A stretch of DNA of 64,000 bases from an uncultured Boseongicola sp. (lineage in GTDB: Bacteria; Pseudomonadota; Alphaproteobacteria; Rhodobacterales; Rhodobacteraceae), in NCBI GenBank assembly GCA_905479635.1, contig CAJQNG010000086.1, positions 134 to 64,133 on the forward strand, in the 5' to 3' direction. Below the pieces are notes generated by a model. The model was not told where the DNA came from and ran no database searches. It saw nothing but the letters and a program-made list of their open reading frames with translations. The position numbers were made by a program, and so were the translations under genes. Positions 48,675 to 58,966 of this stretch are shown piece by piece (position 1 is the stretch's first letter; every line of letters begins with the position of its first letter).

Positions 48675-50195
48675 ATGGGTTTAGACGCGCTTTTTGAAGC
48701 CTTCCTTGCCGTCCTGAACGGGGGGAGCCTGCTTTTTTTGATGGCTGGTGTTTTGCTTGGCCTCACTTTTGGTGTGATCCCGGGGCTGGGTGGCACAACC
48801 GCACTCGCCCTTCTAATACCGGTGACCTATACGTTGGAGCCGCTTGATGCGATGTATCTGGCGGGCGGCGTTATGGGGGCCACGTCCTTTGGCGGATCAA
48901 TATCCGCGATCCTTTTAAACACGCCCGGCACGGCACCTAATGCGGCAACGACATTCGATGGCTACCCACTTGCCCGACAGGGCAAAGCCGGGCTCGCCAT
49001 TGGTGCGTCTGCGACTGCCTCCGCCCTAGGAGGGTTGATCGGTCTTTTTACCCTACTTCTATTCATTCCTGTGGCACGTGAAGTTGTTCTGAGCTTCGGC
49101 TCGTCTGAGTTTTTCCTGCTGACCATCCTTGGCCTCGCAGCTATTGCTGTTTCGGTCAAAGGTAAGCTTTTGCGCGGGTTGATTGCGGCCTGTATCGGTT
49201 TGTTGCTCGCGTTCACTGGAGCGAACCAGTTCACCGGCGAAACCCGCTTTACTGGCGGAATGAATTATCTATGGGACGGTATTCCTTTGGTCCCTGCCCT
49301 GACCGGGTTATTCGCCATAAGTCAAATGATCGAGCTTGCGCTCAAGGGTGGATCGGTGGCGGATGAAGAAACCCGCTCCGCGGCCGAGAATATGAAGATC
49401 ACAGGCGTCGGCGAAGGTATACTCGCGGTTTTCAAACACTGGCCAGTCCTATTGCGCGGGTCCCTAATCGGTACGGTCATTGGCGCCATCCCCGGGCTAG
49501 GCGGTACAGTGGCTTCGTTTCTGAGCTATTCATCAACAGCACAAACTGCCAAAGACCGCGACACCTTTGGCAAAGGCAACATCAAAGGCGTCATCGCACC
49601 AGAAGCGGCCAACAATGCAAAAGATGGCGGCTCGCTCATTCCGACGGTGGCCTTCGGCATTCCCGGAAGCGCAGAGACTGCCGTGTTCCTTGGCATACTT
49701 GTGCTGCACGGGATCGAACCAGGTCCCCAAATCCTGCTGCAAAACGAGCGAGAGATTTATGGCTTGATCGTCGCGCTTACGGTTTCGGCGATTGGTGCGT
49801 CCGTACTCGGCCTCATCTTTGCGCGCTTCCTTGTGCTGATTACTCGGATTGATGTGAACATCGTTGTGCCGGTGGTGGTGACGCTGTCACTGACAGGCGT
49901 TTATGTCCTCGAAGGACGTATGGCCGACGTCGCCGTCGCAACGATTATCGGGATATTCGGCTATCTGATGATCCGCTTTGACTATCCTCGACTGACGTTG
50001 GTCATCGCCTTCGTTCTGGGCGAAATCGCAGAGCGGTCCTATCATCAGGTACGCCTCATTTCCGACGGTAACGTTCTGGAGTATATGCTCGGCCGGCCGA
50101 TTTCTGTCATTTTGATTGTTGCGACTATTGTGACGTTCTTCTTACCCGCCATGCGCAAAATACCATGGCGCCGTCTGACCGGGAGCGCATCGTGA
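48675..50195 (+). CDS. tctA: Tripartite tricarboxylate transporter large permease
   Basis: GVIPGLG, NTPGT...DGYP, APEAANNA, GIPGS. Confidence 0.92.
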   Translation: MGLDALFEAFLAVLNGGSLLFLMAGVLLGLTFGVIPGLGGTTALALLIPVTYTLEPLDAMYLAGGVMGATSFGGSISAILLNTPGTAPNAATTFDGYPLARQGKAGLAIGASATASALGGLIGLFTLLLFIPVAREVVLSFGSSEFFLLTILGLAAIAVSVKGKLLRGLIAACIGLLLAFTGANQFTGETRFTGGMNYLWDGIPLVPALTGLFAISQMIELALKGGSVADEETRSAAENMKITGVGEGILAVFKHWPVLLRGSLIGTVIGAIPGLGGTVASFLSYSSTAQTAKDRDTFGKGNIKGVIAPEAANNAKDGGSLIPTVAFGIPGSAETAVFLGILVLHGIEPGPQILLQNEREIYGLIVALTVSAIGASVLGLIFARFLVLITRIDVNIVVPVVVTLSLTGVYVLEGRMADVAVATIIGIFGYLMIRFDYPRLTLVIAFVLGEIAERSYHQVRLISDGNVLEYMLGRPISVILIVATIVTFFLPAMRKIPWRRLTGSAS

Positions 50196-50797
50196 ACGAA
50201 TTTGAGCGCTGGGAAGGTCGCTTTGCGACCGAAGACTATGTGTTTGGCACTACGCCCAATACCTTTCTTCAACAACAAGCCGGGCAATTTCCGGCAGGCG
50301 CCAAAGCGCTCTCGATCGCGGATGGCGAAGGCCGCAACGGGGTCTGGTTGGCAGAATGTGGCTTGCAGGTTACCGCGCAAGATTTCTCGCCCATCGCACA
50401 AGATAAAGCACGCAAGTTAGCAGAAAAACGTGGCGTAGCGTTGTCTTTTGAACTGTCTGACCTCACAGAGCGGACGTGGGAGAAAGACTGCTACGACGTA
50501 GTCGTCGGTATCTTCTTTCAATTCCTGCCCCCTTCAGAACGCGCTAGCGTTTTTGAAGGCATACGCCGGACGATTAGACCGGGTGGCCTTGTCCTGATCG
50601 AAGGCTACGGACCAAAGCAGCTAGACTATGGCACCGGCGGCCCCAAGAAATTAGAAAACCTCTACACAGAAGAGCTGCTACGCAAAGCCTTCGCCGGCTT
50701 CGCGGAACTCAGCGTCAAAGCCTATGATGCGGATGTATCAGAAGGCGAGGGCCATTGCGGCCGCTCTGCCCTTGTGGATTTGATTGGACGAAAATAG
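50192..50797 (+). CDS. Class I SAM-dependent methyltransferase (TehB-like)
   Basis: WEGRF...PN, ADGEGRNGVWLA, IRPGG, GTGGP; GTGA overlap with tctA. Confidence 0.85.
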   Translation: MNEFERWEGRFATEDYVFGTTPNTFLQQQAGQFPAGAKALSIADGEGRNGVWLAECGLQVTAQDFSPIAQDKARKLAEKRGVALSFELSDLTERTWEKDCYDVVVGIFFQFLPPSERASVFEGIRRTIRPGGLVLIEGYGPKQLDYGTGGPKKLENLYTEELLRKAFAGFAELSVKAYDADVSEGEGHCGRSALVDLIGRK

Positions 50798-50800
50798 CTT

Positions 50801-51121
50801 TTAAGGGGCCTCGATGACAACAGCGGTCTCATGAGGCAAAATCTTGTATGTCTTGATCGCAACGAGACAAGGAGGCGCCACGACCTCTCCGTCGCGGATA
50901 TCAAATTTTCCTTGGTGGAAGTCACACTCGATTACGTGACCTTCAAGATAGCCCTCTGACAATTCACCCGGTCCGTGGGTACAGGCGTTGTCGGTCACGT
51001 AGAATGTGCCTTCGACCTGGTAAACGGCCAGCTCCAAATCGCCATGGTCAACGCGGATAACTTCGCCATCGGGCACATCGTCCTTGGCACAGATTTCGAT
51101 CTGATTATTCGCTTCGGTCAT
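50801..51121 (-). CDS. Rieske [2Fe-2S] ferredoxin (dioxygenase ferredoxin type)
   Basis: CTH...LSEG...IECDFHQGKFD...PPC. Confidence 0.92.
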   Translation of the reverse strand: MTEANNQIEICAKDDVPDGEVIRVDHGDLELAVYQVEGTFYVTDNACTHGPGELSEGYLEGHVIECDFHQGKFDIRDGEVVAPPCLVAIKTYKILPHETAVVIEAP

Positions 51122-51202
51122 TGTCACCCCTGTCTTTCTTCATCGCATAGCCCGCTAAATTTAACGCAGGACCAGTCAAGGGAAACCCGTCGATCCGAAC
51201 GC

Positions 51203-51227
51203 GTCCCGCATAGAAGAATGTTGTTCT
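51203..51227. promoter_or_regulatory. Putative IclR operator, site 4
   Basis: GTCCC-GCATAGA-AGAAT-GTT-GTTCT, same spacing, more degenerate. Confidence 0.55.
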
Positions 51228-51269
51228 GCAAAACTTGTTTTTGGACGGGTCTGCGTGAAATAATGGGGC

Positions 51270-51872
51270 ATGGATGATAAAAAAGACACCCCCGAAGCCG
51301 AGGCTGAAATTGGCCCGGCAGGATATTACCACAGCCAGAAGGACCGCATTTTTGTGCGCGCCATCCAAGGCGAATATAACCTGCAATGGGAGCTGGACCG
51401 CGTGCGGGCCATGCCCCGGGTCCGTAAAGCCAAAGACATCAAATTCGTGGATGGCCCGCAGGCCTATTCACGCCACTATGTGGAACCAAAGGACGGGATC
51501 AGCCAGCTGTTCCACCTGCACTTGGAAGAATATGGGCCTGGTGGCAAAAGCCAAAAGCACGGGCATGTAAATGAGGCCGCCTTCTATATCCTTGATGGTG
51601 AGGGATACGAAATCCACGACGATATTCGCTATGACTGGAAGGCAGGAGATGTGGCCATCGTTCACAACAACTGCGTCCACCAGCATTTCAACGCCTCTGA
51701 CACCAAACCGGCGCGCGCACTTGTACTAAAGACTAAGCCGATGTTCGTCTTTATGAATATGTTGTTCCAGAAAACGGTCGAGCCGCGCGACACCTTCCCC
51801 GCCCCTGGCGGTGAGAATTTCGAAGTGCGTGAGGAAGAAGAAGATCACAACCATCCTAAGGAGGGTTACTGA
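51270..51872 (+). CDS. Cupin protein
   Basis: KHGHVNEA..YILDGEG...WKAGD...VHQHFN. Confidence 0.85.
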   Translation: MDDKKDTPEAEAEIGPAGYYHSQKDRIFVRAIQGEYNLQWELDRVRAMPRVRKAKDIKFVDGPQAYSRHYVEPKDGISQLFHLHLEEYGPGGKSQKHGHVNEAAFYILDGEGYEIHDDIRYDWKAGDVAIVHNNCVHQHFNASDTKPARALVLKTKPMFVFMNMLFQKTVEPRDTFPAPGGENFEVREEEEDHNHPKEGY

Positions 51873-52474
51873 TGGCATGGGATGAAACCACCAGCTGGCT
51901 TGATGGAATCGAAAACCAACCTTTGTACCAAGATCTTCTCGATGACGCCGCCGCCCGCCCCGCGCGGGACGCGGAACGTAAGAAGGTCGTACACCCGCAT
52001 GAAATGCCGTGGGACATGTCGCGTCAGGGGCTGCTCAAACACCTGATCAATGAGAGTATGAACACCCGAATGGAAACGGTTGATGCCTACATGCAGATCG
52101 TCCCACCGGGATCGAAATCTGGCAAGCACCGGCATCTGGCGGAAGAGTGCCTCTATGTTGTTGAAGGCAAGGGCTACGACCTGCATCAAGATTGCGATGT
52201 CGAGATCACCGACACCTATTTCTGGAAACCACAGGATAAGGTTTCACGCTGGGATTATGAGGCGGGCGACGTGATCTATGTGCCGCCAAACACGATCCAC
52301 CAGCACTTTAACGCGGAGCTAGACAAACCGCTGCGGCTTATTTCCTGCATCAACCGGATTTTCAAACAATGCGGTTTGAACGATCTTGAGCAGATCGAAG
52401 ATGCCCCGGAGTATGATCCTGACGTCACACTGACCCCGGACCTGATCCGTGAGTTCCTGCGCGGGAAACCCTGA
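51872..52474 (+). CDS. Cupin protein
   Basis: KHRHLAEE.LYVVEGKG...AGDVIYVPPNTIHQHFN; TGATG coupling. Confidence 0.85.
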   Translation: MAWDETTSWLDGIENQPLYQDLLDDAAARPARDAERKKVVHPHEMPWDMSRQGLLKHLINESMNTRMETVDAYMQIVPPGSKSGKHRHLAEECLYVVEGKGYDLHQDCDVEITDTYFWKPQDKVSRWDYEAGDVIYVPPNTIHQHFNAELDKPLRLISCINRIFKQCGLNDLEQIEDAPEYDPDVTLTPDLIREFLRGKP

Positions 52475-52496
52475 CCCGCCTTAGGAGGGCTCCCTG

Positions 52497-53468
52497 ATGT
52501 TCGGCGCCCTCCTCTCTCTCGCCTCTGCTGCATTTTTTGGATTGAACAACGCCACGCTGCGCCGTGGGGTTATCAAGGGTTCTGTCTTGCAAGCCATGGC
52601 GATCACGGTTCCTTTCGGGGTGCCGATGTTTGTGATCCTTGCCGCTGTCATGGGTGGATTCGAAGCGATAGCGGACTGGGGCGTCGCGCCATGGTTCTGG
52701 ATGATCCTTGCTGGTCTCGTGCATTTCGTATTGGGCCGATACGGCAACTACAAGGCGACCCAACTTTTGGGGTCTACCTTGTCGACGCCTATTCAACAGC
52801 TCTCGATCGTACTGGCTCTTGCACTCGCCGTCGTCTTTCTTGGCGAGACCGTCAATCTGATGAACCTCGTCGGTATCGCTTTGGTTGTTGTGGGCCCAAT
52901 GATCGTTGCGCGCCGAAAAAAATCAGCGACGGCGGCCGGTGTATCTAAGGGGTTCACACCTCACTATGGGCCCGGCCTGTTTTGGGGTGCTGTCTGTGCC
53001 TTTGGATATGGGGCCAGCCCGCTTTTTGTAGCCCTCGGAATTGCGGATGGCGGAATATCCGACAGCGTCGGCGGCCTACTGGTGTCTTATGTCGCAGCTA
53101 CCGTTGTCGTGATTTTGTGGGTGATCGCCGCTGGCGAGACTGGCAATATTGCAGACCTTGACCGCGGCACGCGCGGTTGGTTCCTGCTATCAGCGCTGTT
53201 TGTCGCGCTGTCGCAGTTCTTTCGTTATATCGCGCTGGCCGTGGCCCCTGTCACAGTGGTGGTCCCGATCCAGCGGCTCTCAGTCGTATTCCGGCTGATT
53301 TTCAATGCAATTCTGAACCGAGAGCATGAAGTCTTTGACCGATGGGTCGTGGGCTCAATACTCTTGTCCGTTGTTGGCGCCATAGCGCTTGCTGGCGATA
53401 CCCCAACCTTGCTGAATTGGCTAGGCCTTGAGCAATACCAGAGTTGGCTTGCACGCCCGCTATTCTAA
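52497..53468 (+). CDS. DMT/EamA family transporter
   Basis: About 10 hydrophobic segments, AVVFLGE; AGGAGG RBS. Confidence 0.82.
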   Translation: MFGALLSLASAAFFGLNNATLRRGVIKGSVLQAMAITVPFGVPMFVILAAVMGGFEAIADWGVAPWFWMILAGLVHFVLGRYGNYKATQLLGSTLSTPIQQLSIVLALALAVVFLGETVNLMNLVGIALVVVGPMIVARRKKSATAAGVSKGFTPHYGPGLFWGAVCAFGYGASPLFVALGIADGGISDSVGGLLVSYVAATVVVILWVIAAGETGNIADLDRGTRGWFLLSALFVALSQFFRYIALAVAPVTVVVPIQRLSVVFRLIFNAILNREHEVFDRWVVGSILLSVVGAIALAGDTPTLLNWLGLEQYQSWLARPLF

Positions 53469-53483
53469 CTGGCAGACGCCTGA

Positions 53484-53717
53484 TCAGGCCTTACCAGCTT
53501 CGGTGATCGTCTTCATCGCAACGCTGGGCAACTCAGCGCGCTCCAGACCGCTGGCCTTTAGCTGGTTGTCAGACATACCATCCAACCTAGTATAAACCTG
53601 ATAGGCTTTGTATCCCGACACCATGCCGCGGACGCTTGCACGGAGATGGTCCAAGCCGAGCACACCAGCCAGTGAAGGAAGATCAAAGCTCTTACGTGAA
53701 GCTGTAATATAATTCAT
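53484..53717 (-). CDS. Small DUF1127-like protein
   Basis: 77 aa, RLDGMSDNQLKASGLER resembles LxxLSDxxLxDIGLxR; AGGAGA RBS. Confidence 0.6.
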   Translation of the reverse strand: MNYITASRKSFDLPSLAGVLGLDHLRASVRGMVSGYKAYQVYTRLDGMSDNQLKASGLERAELPSVAMKTITEAGKA

Positions 53718-53814
53718 TGAGATTTCTCCTTTGCTGCAATGCAGAATAAGGTTAAATCATTTATTTTCAACTAAAATTAGCCAATATCATAGCGGGTATG
53801 CTGCAAGCGCATTG

Positions 53815-54834
53815 CTACTTTCCGCGCAGCTTCAAGGCGGCATCAAGGCGTGGATAAACCCGTCTAGCATTGCCCTCATACACTTTCGCACGATCCGCAT
53901 CAGACAAATCTAAGGCATCGACATAGCGTTTGGTATCATCGAAGTTATGGCCAGTTTCGGGATCAACACCCTTCACAGCCCCGAACATCTCTGATGCAAA
54001 CAGGATATTCTCGATGTCGATCACCTTAAACAGACAATCGATGCCGGGCTGATGGTAGACGCAGGTGTCGAAGTAGACATTACGCATCACATGCTCTGTC
54101 AATGGCGGCTTGCCCATCATGTCGGCCAAACCCCGGTACCGCCCCCAGTGATAGGGCACAGCCCCGCCACCATGAGGAATGATCAGGCGCAGATCAGGGA
54201 AATCTGCAAACAGATCACCCTGCAGAAACTGCATAAACGCAGTGGTGTCCGCGTTGATGTAATGCGCCCCGGTCATGTGGAAATTCGGATTGCACGACCC
54301 AGAAACGTGGATCATCGCAGGTACATCAAGTTCGACCATTTTCTCAAAAAACGGATACCACGCGCGGTCGGTCAACGGCACTCCGGTCCACATTCCACCA
54401 CTTGGATCGGGGTTCAGGTTACAGCCCACAAATCCTAATTCCGTGACACAGCGATCCAATTCCTCAATGGCATTGGCGATAGGCACGACGGGATTCTGAG
54501 GCAACTGACAGACGCCAATGAAGTTGTCCGGGAATAGCTGCGTCACCCGATGGATCAAATCGTTGCTGTGCCGCGTCCAGATTTTCGAGACAGCCTCATC
54601 GCCGATATGGTGCCCCATGCCAGAGGCACGAGGGCTAAAGATCGTCATATCCGCCCCGCGATCTTTCAGTGCTTGAAGCTGGTTGGCCTCAACGCTTTCT
54701 CGGATGTCATCATCAGAGATGTCAGGGAAGGCTGGCATCTGGGCGCTGGCATCGAAGGCGGCAACTTGTGCCTTGCGGAAGTCCATGAACGGCTTTGGCT
54801 CAGTTGTGTAGTGCCCGTGGCAATCAATGATCAT
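53815..54834 (-). CDS. ligJ: 4-oxalomesaconate hydratase
   Basis: MIIDCHGHYTT, FSPRASGMGHH, CQLPQ, NPDPSGG, HGGGAVPYHWGRYRG. Confidence 0.92.
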   Translation of the reverse strand: MIIDCHGHYTTEPKPFMDFRKAQVAAFDASAQMPAFPDISDDDIRESVEANQLQALKDRGADMTIFSPRASGMGHHIGDEAVSKIWTRHSNDLIHRVTQLFPDNFIGVCQLPQNPVVPIANAIEELDRCVTELGFVGCNLNPDPSGGMWTGVPLTDRAWYPFFEKMVELDVPAMIHVSGSCNPNFHMTGAHYINADTTAFMQFLQGDLFADFPDLRLIIPHGGGAVPYHWGRYRGLADMMGKPPLTEHVMRNVYFDTCVYHQPGIDCLFKVIDIENILFASEMFGAVKGVDPETGHNFDDTKRYVDALDLSDADRAKVYEGNARRVYPRLDAALKLRGK

Positions 54835-55529
54835 TGGCCGGTCTCCCATTCCGCTTGGCTTAGGTAAGTCAGCCCCTTATCCTTAAGGCGTCCACGCATG
54901 TTGTTTACGTCCAGCCCCAGCTCTCCGGCTTGATATTTTGCTCGCGCCAATTCCTCTTTTTCGACCCGTGCTTGCGATGCTGCAACAACCGCGCCTGCCT
55001 GCAGACGCGGCACAACTACAACTCCGTCGTCGTCCGCCACGATCACGTCTCCAGGCCGGACAATTTCATCACCGCAGGACACGGGAACATTCACATCACC
55101 CAGCACTTCTTTTACTGTGCCGTGGGCCGAGATTGAGCGTGACCAGACCGGAAAGCCCAAAGCCTCAAGATCGCGGATATCCCGACACCCTGCATCCAAG
55201 ATCAGGCCGGTGACGCCGCGCGCTTTCAGGCAGGTACCCAAAAGATCCCCGAAGTATCCAGAATGCGACTCTGAAATCGTCGCTGCAACAAGAACATCGC
55301 CCGGTTGGCATTGCTCCACCGCTACGTGGATCATCCAGTTATCGCCAGGGGCAAGAGTGCACGTCACCGCCGTTCCGCTGATCGCAGCCCCCTTATAGAT
55401 CGGGCGTAATCTATGATGCATCAGTCCCGTCCGCCCCTGCGCCTCGTGCACAGTGGCTACGCCGTATTGCGCTAAAGCCTTCGCGGCTTGCGGGTCAGCA
55501 CGTTTGATATCAGTTACGACGACTGGCAT
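54831..55529 (-). CDS. ligK: 4-carboxy-4-hydroxy-2-oxoadipate (HMG/CHA) aldolase
   Basis: GVATVHEAQGR, PGDNWMIHVAVE, YFGDLL, DAGCRD, ADDDGVV. Confidence 0.92.
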   Translation of the reverse strand: MPVVVTDIKRADPQAAKALAQYGVATVHEAQGRTGLMHHRLRPIYKGAAISGTAVTCTLAPGDNWMIHVAVEQCQPGDVLVAATISESHSGYFGDLLGTCLKARGVTGLILDAGCRDIRDLEALGFPVWSRSISAHGTVKEVLGDVNVPVSCGDEIVRPGDVIVADDDGVVVVPRLQAGAVVAASQARVEKEELARAKYQAGELGLDVNNMRGRLKDKGLTYLSQAEWETGQ

Positions 55530-55542
55530 GGCGGCTCCATTT

Positions 55543-56517
55543 TCAAGCATTTTCACGGGTGCTGCAGCGCGCAAACCCGTCATTCAATTCTTTGCGGTCA
55601 AGGTTGCGCCCAATCACAACCAAGCGCGAGGATCGGGCGTCCTTCAACCACGCAGCGCCAAGATCACCCTCGTACATCATATGGACAGATTGGACGATGA
55701 CGCGACGGTCTTGACCTTTGACATCCAGAACACCTTTGAGGCGCAAGATATCTTCACCACGCAGCATCAACAAGCGTTCGAGCCAGGCTTCAAGCGCGTC
55801 ATCATCAAACGGATCTTGCGTTTCGAGTGTGATGCATTCAATCCCATTGGCCGCGACATGATCATGATGCCCTCCGGTATCGCCCAAGTCCTGTGCGATC
55901 CGGTCTAAAGAAAAGCTCTGTGTTCCCAAGATATAGGCGGGATCGATCTGGCCGCGATCAATACGATGAATATCTGCATGTGGGTTCAGACCACGCAGCA
56001 CTGCTTCAATCGCGTCTGGTTCTGTGGCATCCGACACCTTGTTGAGCACTATTACACTGGCCAAAGCGACCTGATCGGCGGCGTCCGCGCTGTCCTCAAG
56101 ACGTGCCGTGATATGGGCAGCGTCAACGACGGTTACAACCGCATCGAGCCGTGAGAGGCCAGCAATAAGCTGATCGGCGCTAAAGGTCTGGATCACCGGG
56201 CTTGGGTTTGCAACGCCGGTTGTCTCGATCAAAATCCCATCCAGCGCCACGTCCCGCTTGAGCAAGTCGCGCAACGTCCGAATAAGGTCACCCCGAACGA
56301 CACAGCACAGACAGCCAGAAGAGAGTTCGATCAACTCCTCTTCCCCGGTCTCGATCAGATCGCCATCAATCCCAATGTCGCCAAATTCATTGACGATAAC
56401 CGCAAACTTGCGCCCATGATCGCCTTTCAGGATATGGTTCAACAGCGTGGTCTTTCCCGCCCCCAAATAGCCCGTGACAACCGTCACTGGCACGCGATTG
56501 TCGACAGCTACATCCAT
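55543..56517 (-). CDS. CobW/COG0523 metallochaperone GTPase
   Basis: [26 protein letters not shown], short His patch GHHDH. Confidence 0.92.
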   Translation of the reverse strand: MDVAVDNRVPVTVVTGYLGAGKTTLLNHILKGDHGRKFAVIVNEFGDIGIDGDLIETGEEELIELSSGCLCCVVRGDLIRTLRDLLKRDVALDGILIETTGVANPSPVIQTFSADQLIAGLSRLDAVVTVVDAAHITARLEDSADAADQVALASVIVLNKVSDATEPDAIEAVLRGLNPHADIHRIDRGQIDPAYILGTQSFSLDRIAQDLGDTGGHHDHVAANGIECITLETQDPFDDDALEAWLERLLMLRGEDILRLKGVLDVKGQDRRVIVQSVHMMYEGDLGAAWLKDARSSRLVVIGRNLDRKELNDGFARCSTRENA

Positions 56518-57611
56518 GGCATCAAAGATACATGGATGGCTTCGCCCGACGCTCCTACCGCTTTGATCGCGTCATGGGTCTGCTCAAGCCCAAAGCGGTG
56601 CGTTGTCATCAGCTCCAGTGAAAACCGATCCGAGTTTAGCTGCTGAAGCGCCTGTTCGCACGATTGGTAGTTGTGTCCGCGAGCACATTTGACGGTGACG
56701 TATTTATTGCACAACTTAGCGAGCGGAAAGTTCGGAAACTCTGCTGTTTCCTGTTGCACCAGCAGCGTCCCACCTTTGCGCTTCAAAGCCTCGAGGCCTA
56801 GCAAAAGTGGCGCCGTCCCTGCACCAGCCGTACAATCTAAGGCAACGTCCACACCTTCGCCGCCAGTAATTTCGCGAATACGCTCGACCGGGTCTTCTTG
56901 TTCCACATTGATCGTATAATCCGCGCCCAATTTCTTGGCGACATCAAGACGTTTGGCATCTTTGTTTGTGCCTGTGACAATAATCAGCTCAGCGCCAGCC
57001 TGCTTGCCTGTCACGACTTGGCTTAAGCCTTGCTGCCCTGGTCCCTGCACCAGCAGTTTGGTCTGATAGCCAACCTTGCAGTCGAATAAGGCCCACTGAA
57101 TGCCGTTCGCCATTGGCGTGACAAGTCCCGCCAATTCTGGTGAGAGCCCATCAGGCACCTTGTGCAGAACGGAGTTCCACGGCAGATACATGTATTGCGC
57201 GAAGCCACCCCAAAGATGCGGCGCGCGGGTCATCGGCGTATATCCGAACCGGATACCTTCTGGATTTTTTCGCCAGTCGGTGGCCATGCACAGCCGATAA
57301 TCGCCCCTATGGCAATGCTCGCAGGTCATACAGCCGACATAGTGTTCGGCAAAAACACGGTCGCCTTCTTTGAGACCCCGCCGCTTAGTGAAAGTCTTGC
57401 CCGCCTTGGCAATGATTCCGATATTTTCATGCCCCATGATTACAGGCTCAGAAATCGGCGGCTTGGAATAGAACTTCACGTCGGTGCCGCAAATACCTGC
57501 AACCTCGACCTTCAGTAGTGCCGCATCATCGGGGATATTGGGCATGTCAAATTCGCGAAATTCAGTCCGCTCTGGACCAGTCCGCACAGCGGCGAGAACT
57601 TTTTCAGGCAC
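56508..57611 (-). CDS. Zn-dependent medium-chain dehydrogenase
   Basis: GICGTD, GHE, CMTCEHC...C, QGPGQQG. Confidence 0.88.
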   Translation of the reverse strand: MPEKVLAAVRTGPERTEFREFDMPNIPDDAALLKVEVAGICGTDVKFYSKPPISEPVIMGHENIGIIAKAGKTFTKRRGLKEGDRVFAEHYVGCMTCEHCHRGDYRLCMATDWRKNPEGIRFGYTPMTRAPHLWGGFAQYMYLPWNSVLHKVPDGLSPELAGLVTPMANGIQWALFDCKVGYQTKLLVQGPGQQGLSQVVTGKQAGAELIIVTGTNKDAKRLDVAKKLGADYTINVEQEDPVERIREITGGEGVDVALDCTAGAGTAPLLLGLEALKRKGGTLLVQQETAEFPNFPLAKLCNKYVTVKCARGHNYQSCEQALQQLNSDRFSLELMTTHRFGLEQTHDAIKAVGASGEAIHVSLMPWM

Positions 57612-57673
57612 CCTGAGACCCTCCGGTTTTTTTGACGTTGACCCTTGGCTAACAAACCGCCAAACTGCTTACA

Positions 57674-57698
57674 AGAACGTAGTTCCACATGAAGGAAC
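57674..57698. promoter_or_regulatory. Putative IclR operator, site 5 (reverse orientation)
   Basis: Reverse complement reads GTTCC-TTCATGT-GGAAC-TAC-GTTCT. Confidence 0.7.
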
Positions 57699-57723
57699 GC
57701 TACTGAATTGACCAGGCAAGGCA

Positions 57724-58017
57724 ATGTTCGGACATCGAAACATCTCATCCGCGACAATTGTCGACCTTGAACGGATAGAGGCAACCGTCAGGTCACGCTA
57801 CAACGTGCCGGACGACCAGATCGTCCTGGTTACCCAGGAACAAACGCGGATACTGGGCGGTCCGGAGAAAATGACTACGATCCTGTTTTGGATCGACGCA
57901 GAGACGCGCAATAAAGTGCGCGTTTTCAAACCGGCCGCCGATGTCCATTCCAAGGACTTGCCCCCTACATGGCTGCGCAGCGCACTCCTGGATGATGTAT
58001 TGGCGGAGTGCTGTTAG
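57724..58017 (+). CDS. Small hypothetical protein ending in Cys-Cys
   Basis: 97 aa ORF fills the gap between operator and next gene; FW...VFKP...DLPP.W...CC. Confidence 0.6.
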   Translation: MFGHRNISSATIVDLERIEATVRSRYNVPDDQIVLVTQEQTRILGGPEKMTTILFWIDAETRNKVRVFKPAADVHSKDLPPTWLRSALLDDVLAECC

Positions 58018-58024
58018 GAAAATT

Positions 58025-58966
58025 ATGAGCAAACGAACATTGAGAACGGTCACCCGCGCCCAAGGCAACAACCGCGCCCTCAAGGCCGGAGAGATCACAT
58101 TGCCAGACTTCGCTCTGGACTTCGAAGAGGTCAATCCCCTGCCCCGCGCCTTCCGCAACATGGTCCGCGAGCAGGCCTATGACGTTAGCGAAATGGCTCT
58201 GACCACCTATATCACTGCGCGCGCCTACGGTGTCCCAATCACGGCGATCCCGGTGTTCTTGGTGCGTGACTTTCACCATAAGTCGATCGTCAAGTCCCTC
58301 AAAGCGACCATAACACAGCCTAAGGATCTCGAAGGCCGCCGCGTCGGTGTGAGCCGCGGCTATACGGTCACAACTGGTGTCTGGGCGCGGGCCATTCTAG
58401 CGGAGGAATACGGCGTCGATCTATCCCAAATCACTTGGGCGCGTTCCGACGACGAACACGTTTTGAACTGGCGCATACCTGCCCATGTTGAGGATCTGGG
58501 CGGCGAAGGCAGCTTGGACGACCAGCTTGCACGCGCTGACATCGACGCAGCGGTCGGCTTGGTTGAAAGTAACGCGACGCGCTCACTTATCACGGACCCG
58601 TTTGCGGCAGGGCTAGCCGCCCTCAAATCGCGCGCGTTCTACCCGATCAACCATCTGGTTGTGGTGCGCGATGACCTCTTGAAAGAGGTCCCCGATATTG
58701 CCGTGCAAGTGTTCGAGGCTTTTAGTGCCTCGAAGCGTGCCTACCTGACAGACTTAAAAGCCGGACGCATCACTGCACCTACCGCAGCCGACAATACCTA
58801 TCTTGCCGCGTTAGAGGTCATGGACGATCCGCTGCCATACGGCCTCGCACCAAATGCCGACACGCTGAACAAACTTGTGGACCATGTCGTGGCGCAAGGC
58901 ATCATCGATGCGGTCATCCCGCTTGAAGATCTATTTGCGCCTGGGTCGCACGAGCTTGTGGGTTAG
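58025..58966 (+). CDS. 4,5-dihydroxyphthalate decarboxylase-like protein
   Basis: YDVSEMA, AIPVFLVRDFHH, DLEGRRVG..GYTVT..VW.R, YPINHLVVVR, PYG. Confidence 0.8.
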   Translation: MSKRTLRTVTRAQGNNRALKAGEITLPDFALDFEEVNPLPRAFRNMVREQAYDVSEMALTTYITARAYGVPITAIPVFLVRDFHHKSIVKSLKATITQPKDLEGRRVGVSRGYTVTTGVWARAILAEEYGVDLSQITWARSDDEHVLNWRIPAHVEDLGGEGSLDDQLARADIDAAVGLVESNATRSLITDPFAAGLAALKSRAFYPINHLVVVRDDLLKEVPDIAVQVFEAFSASKRAYLTDLKAGRITAPTAADNTYLAALEVMDDPLPYGLAPNADTLNKLVDHVVAQGIIDAVIPLEDLFAPGSHELVG

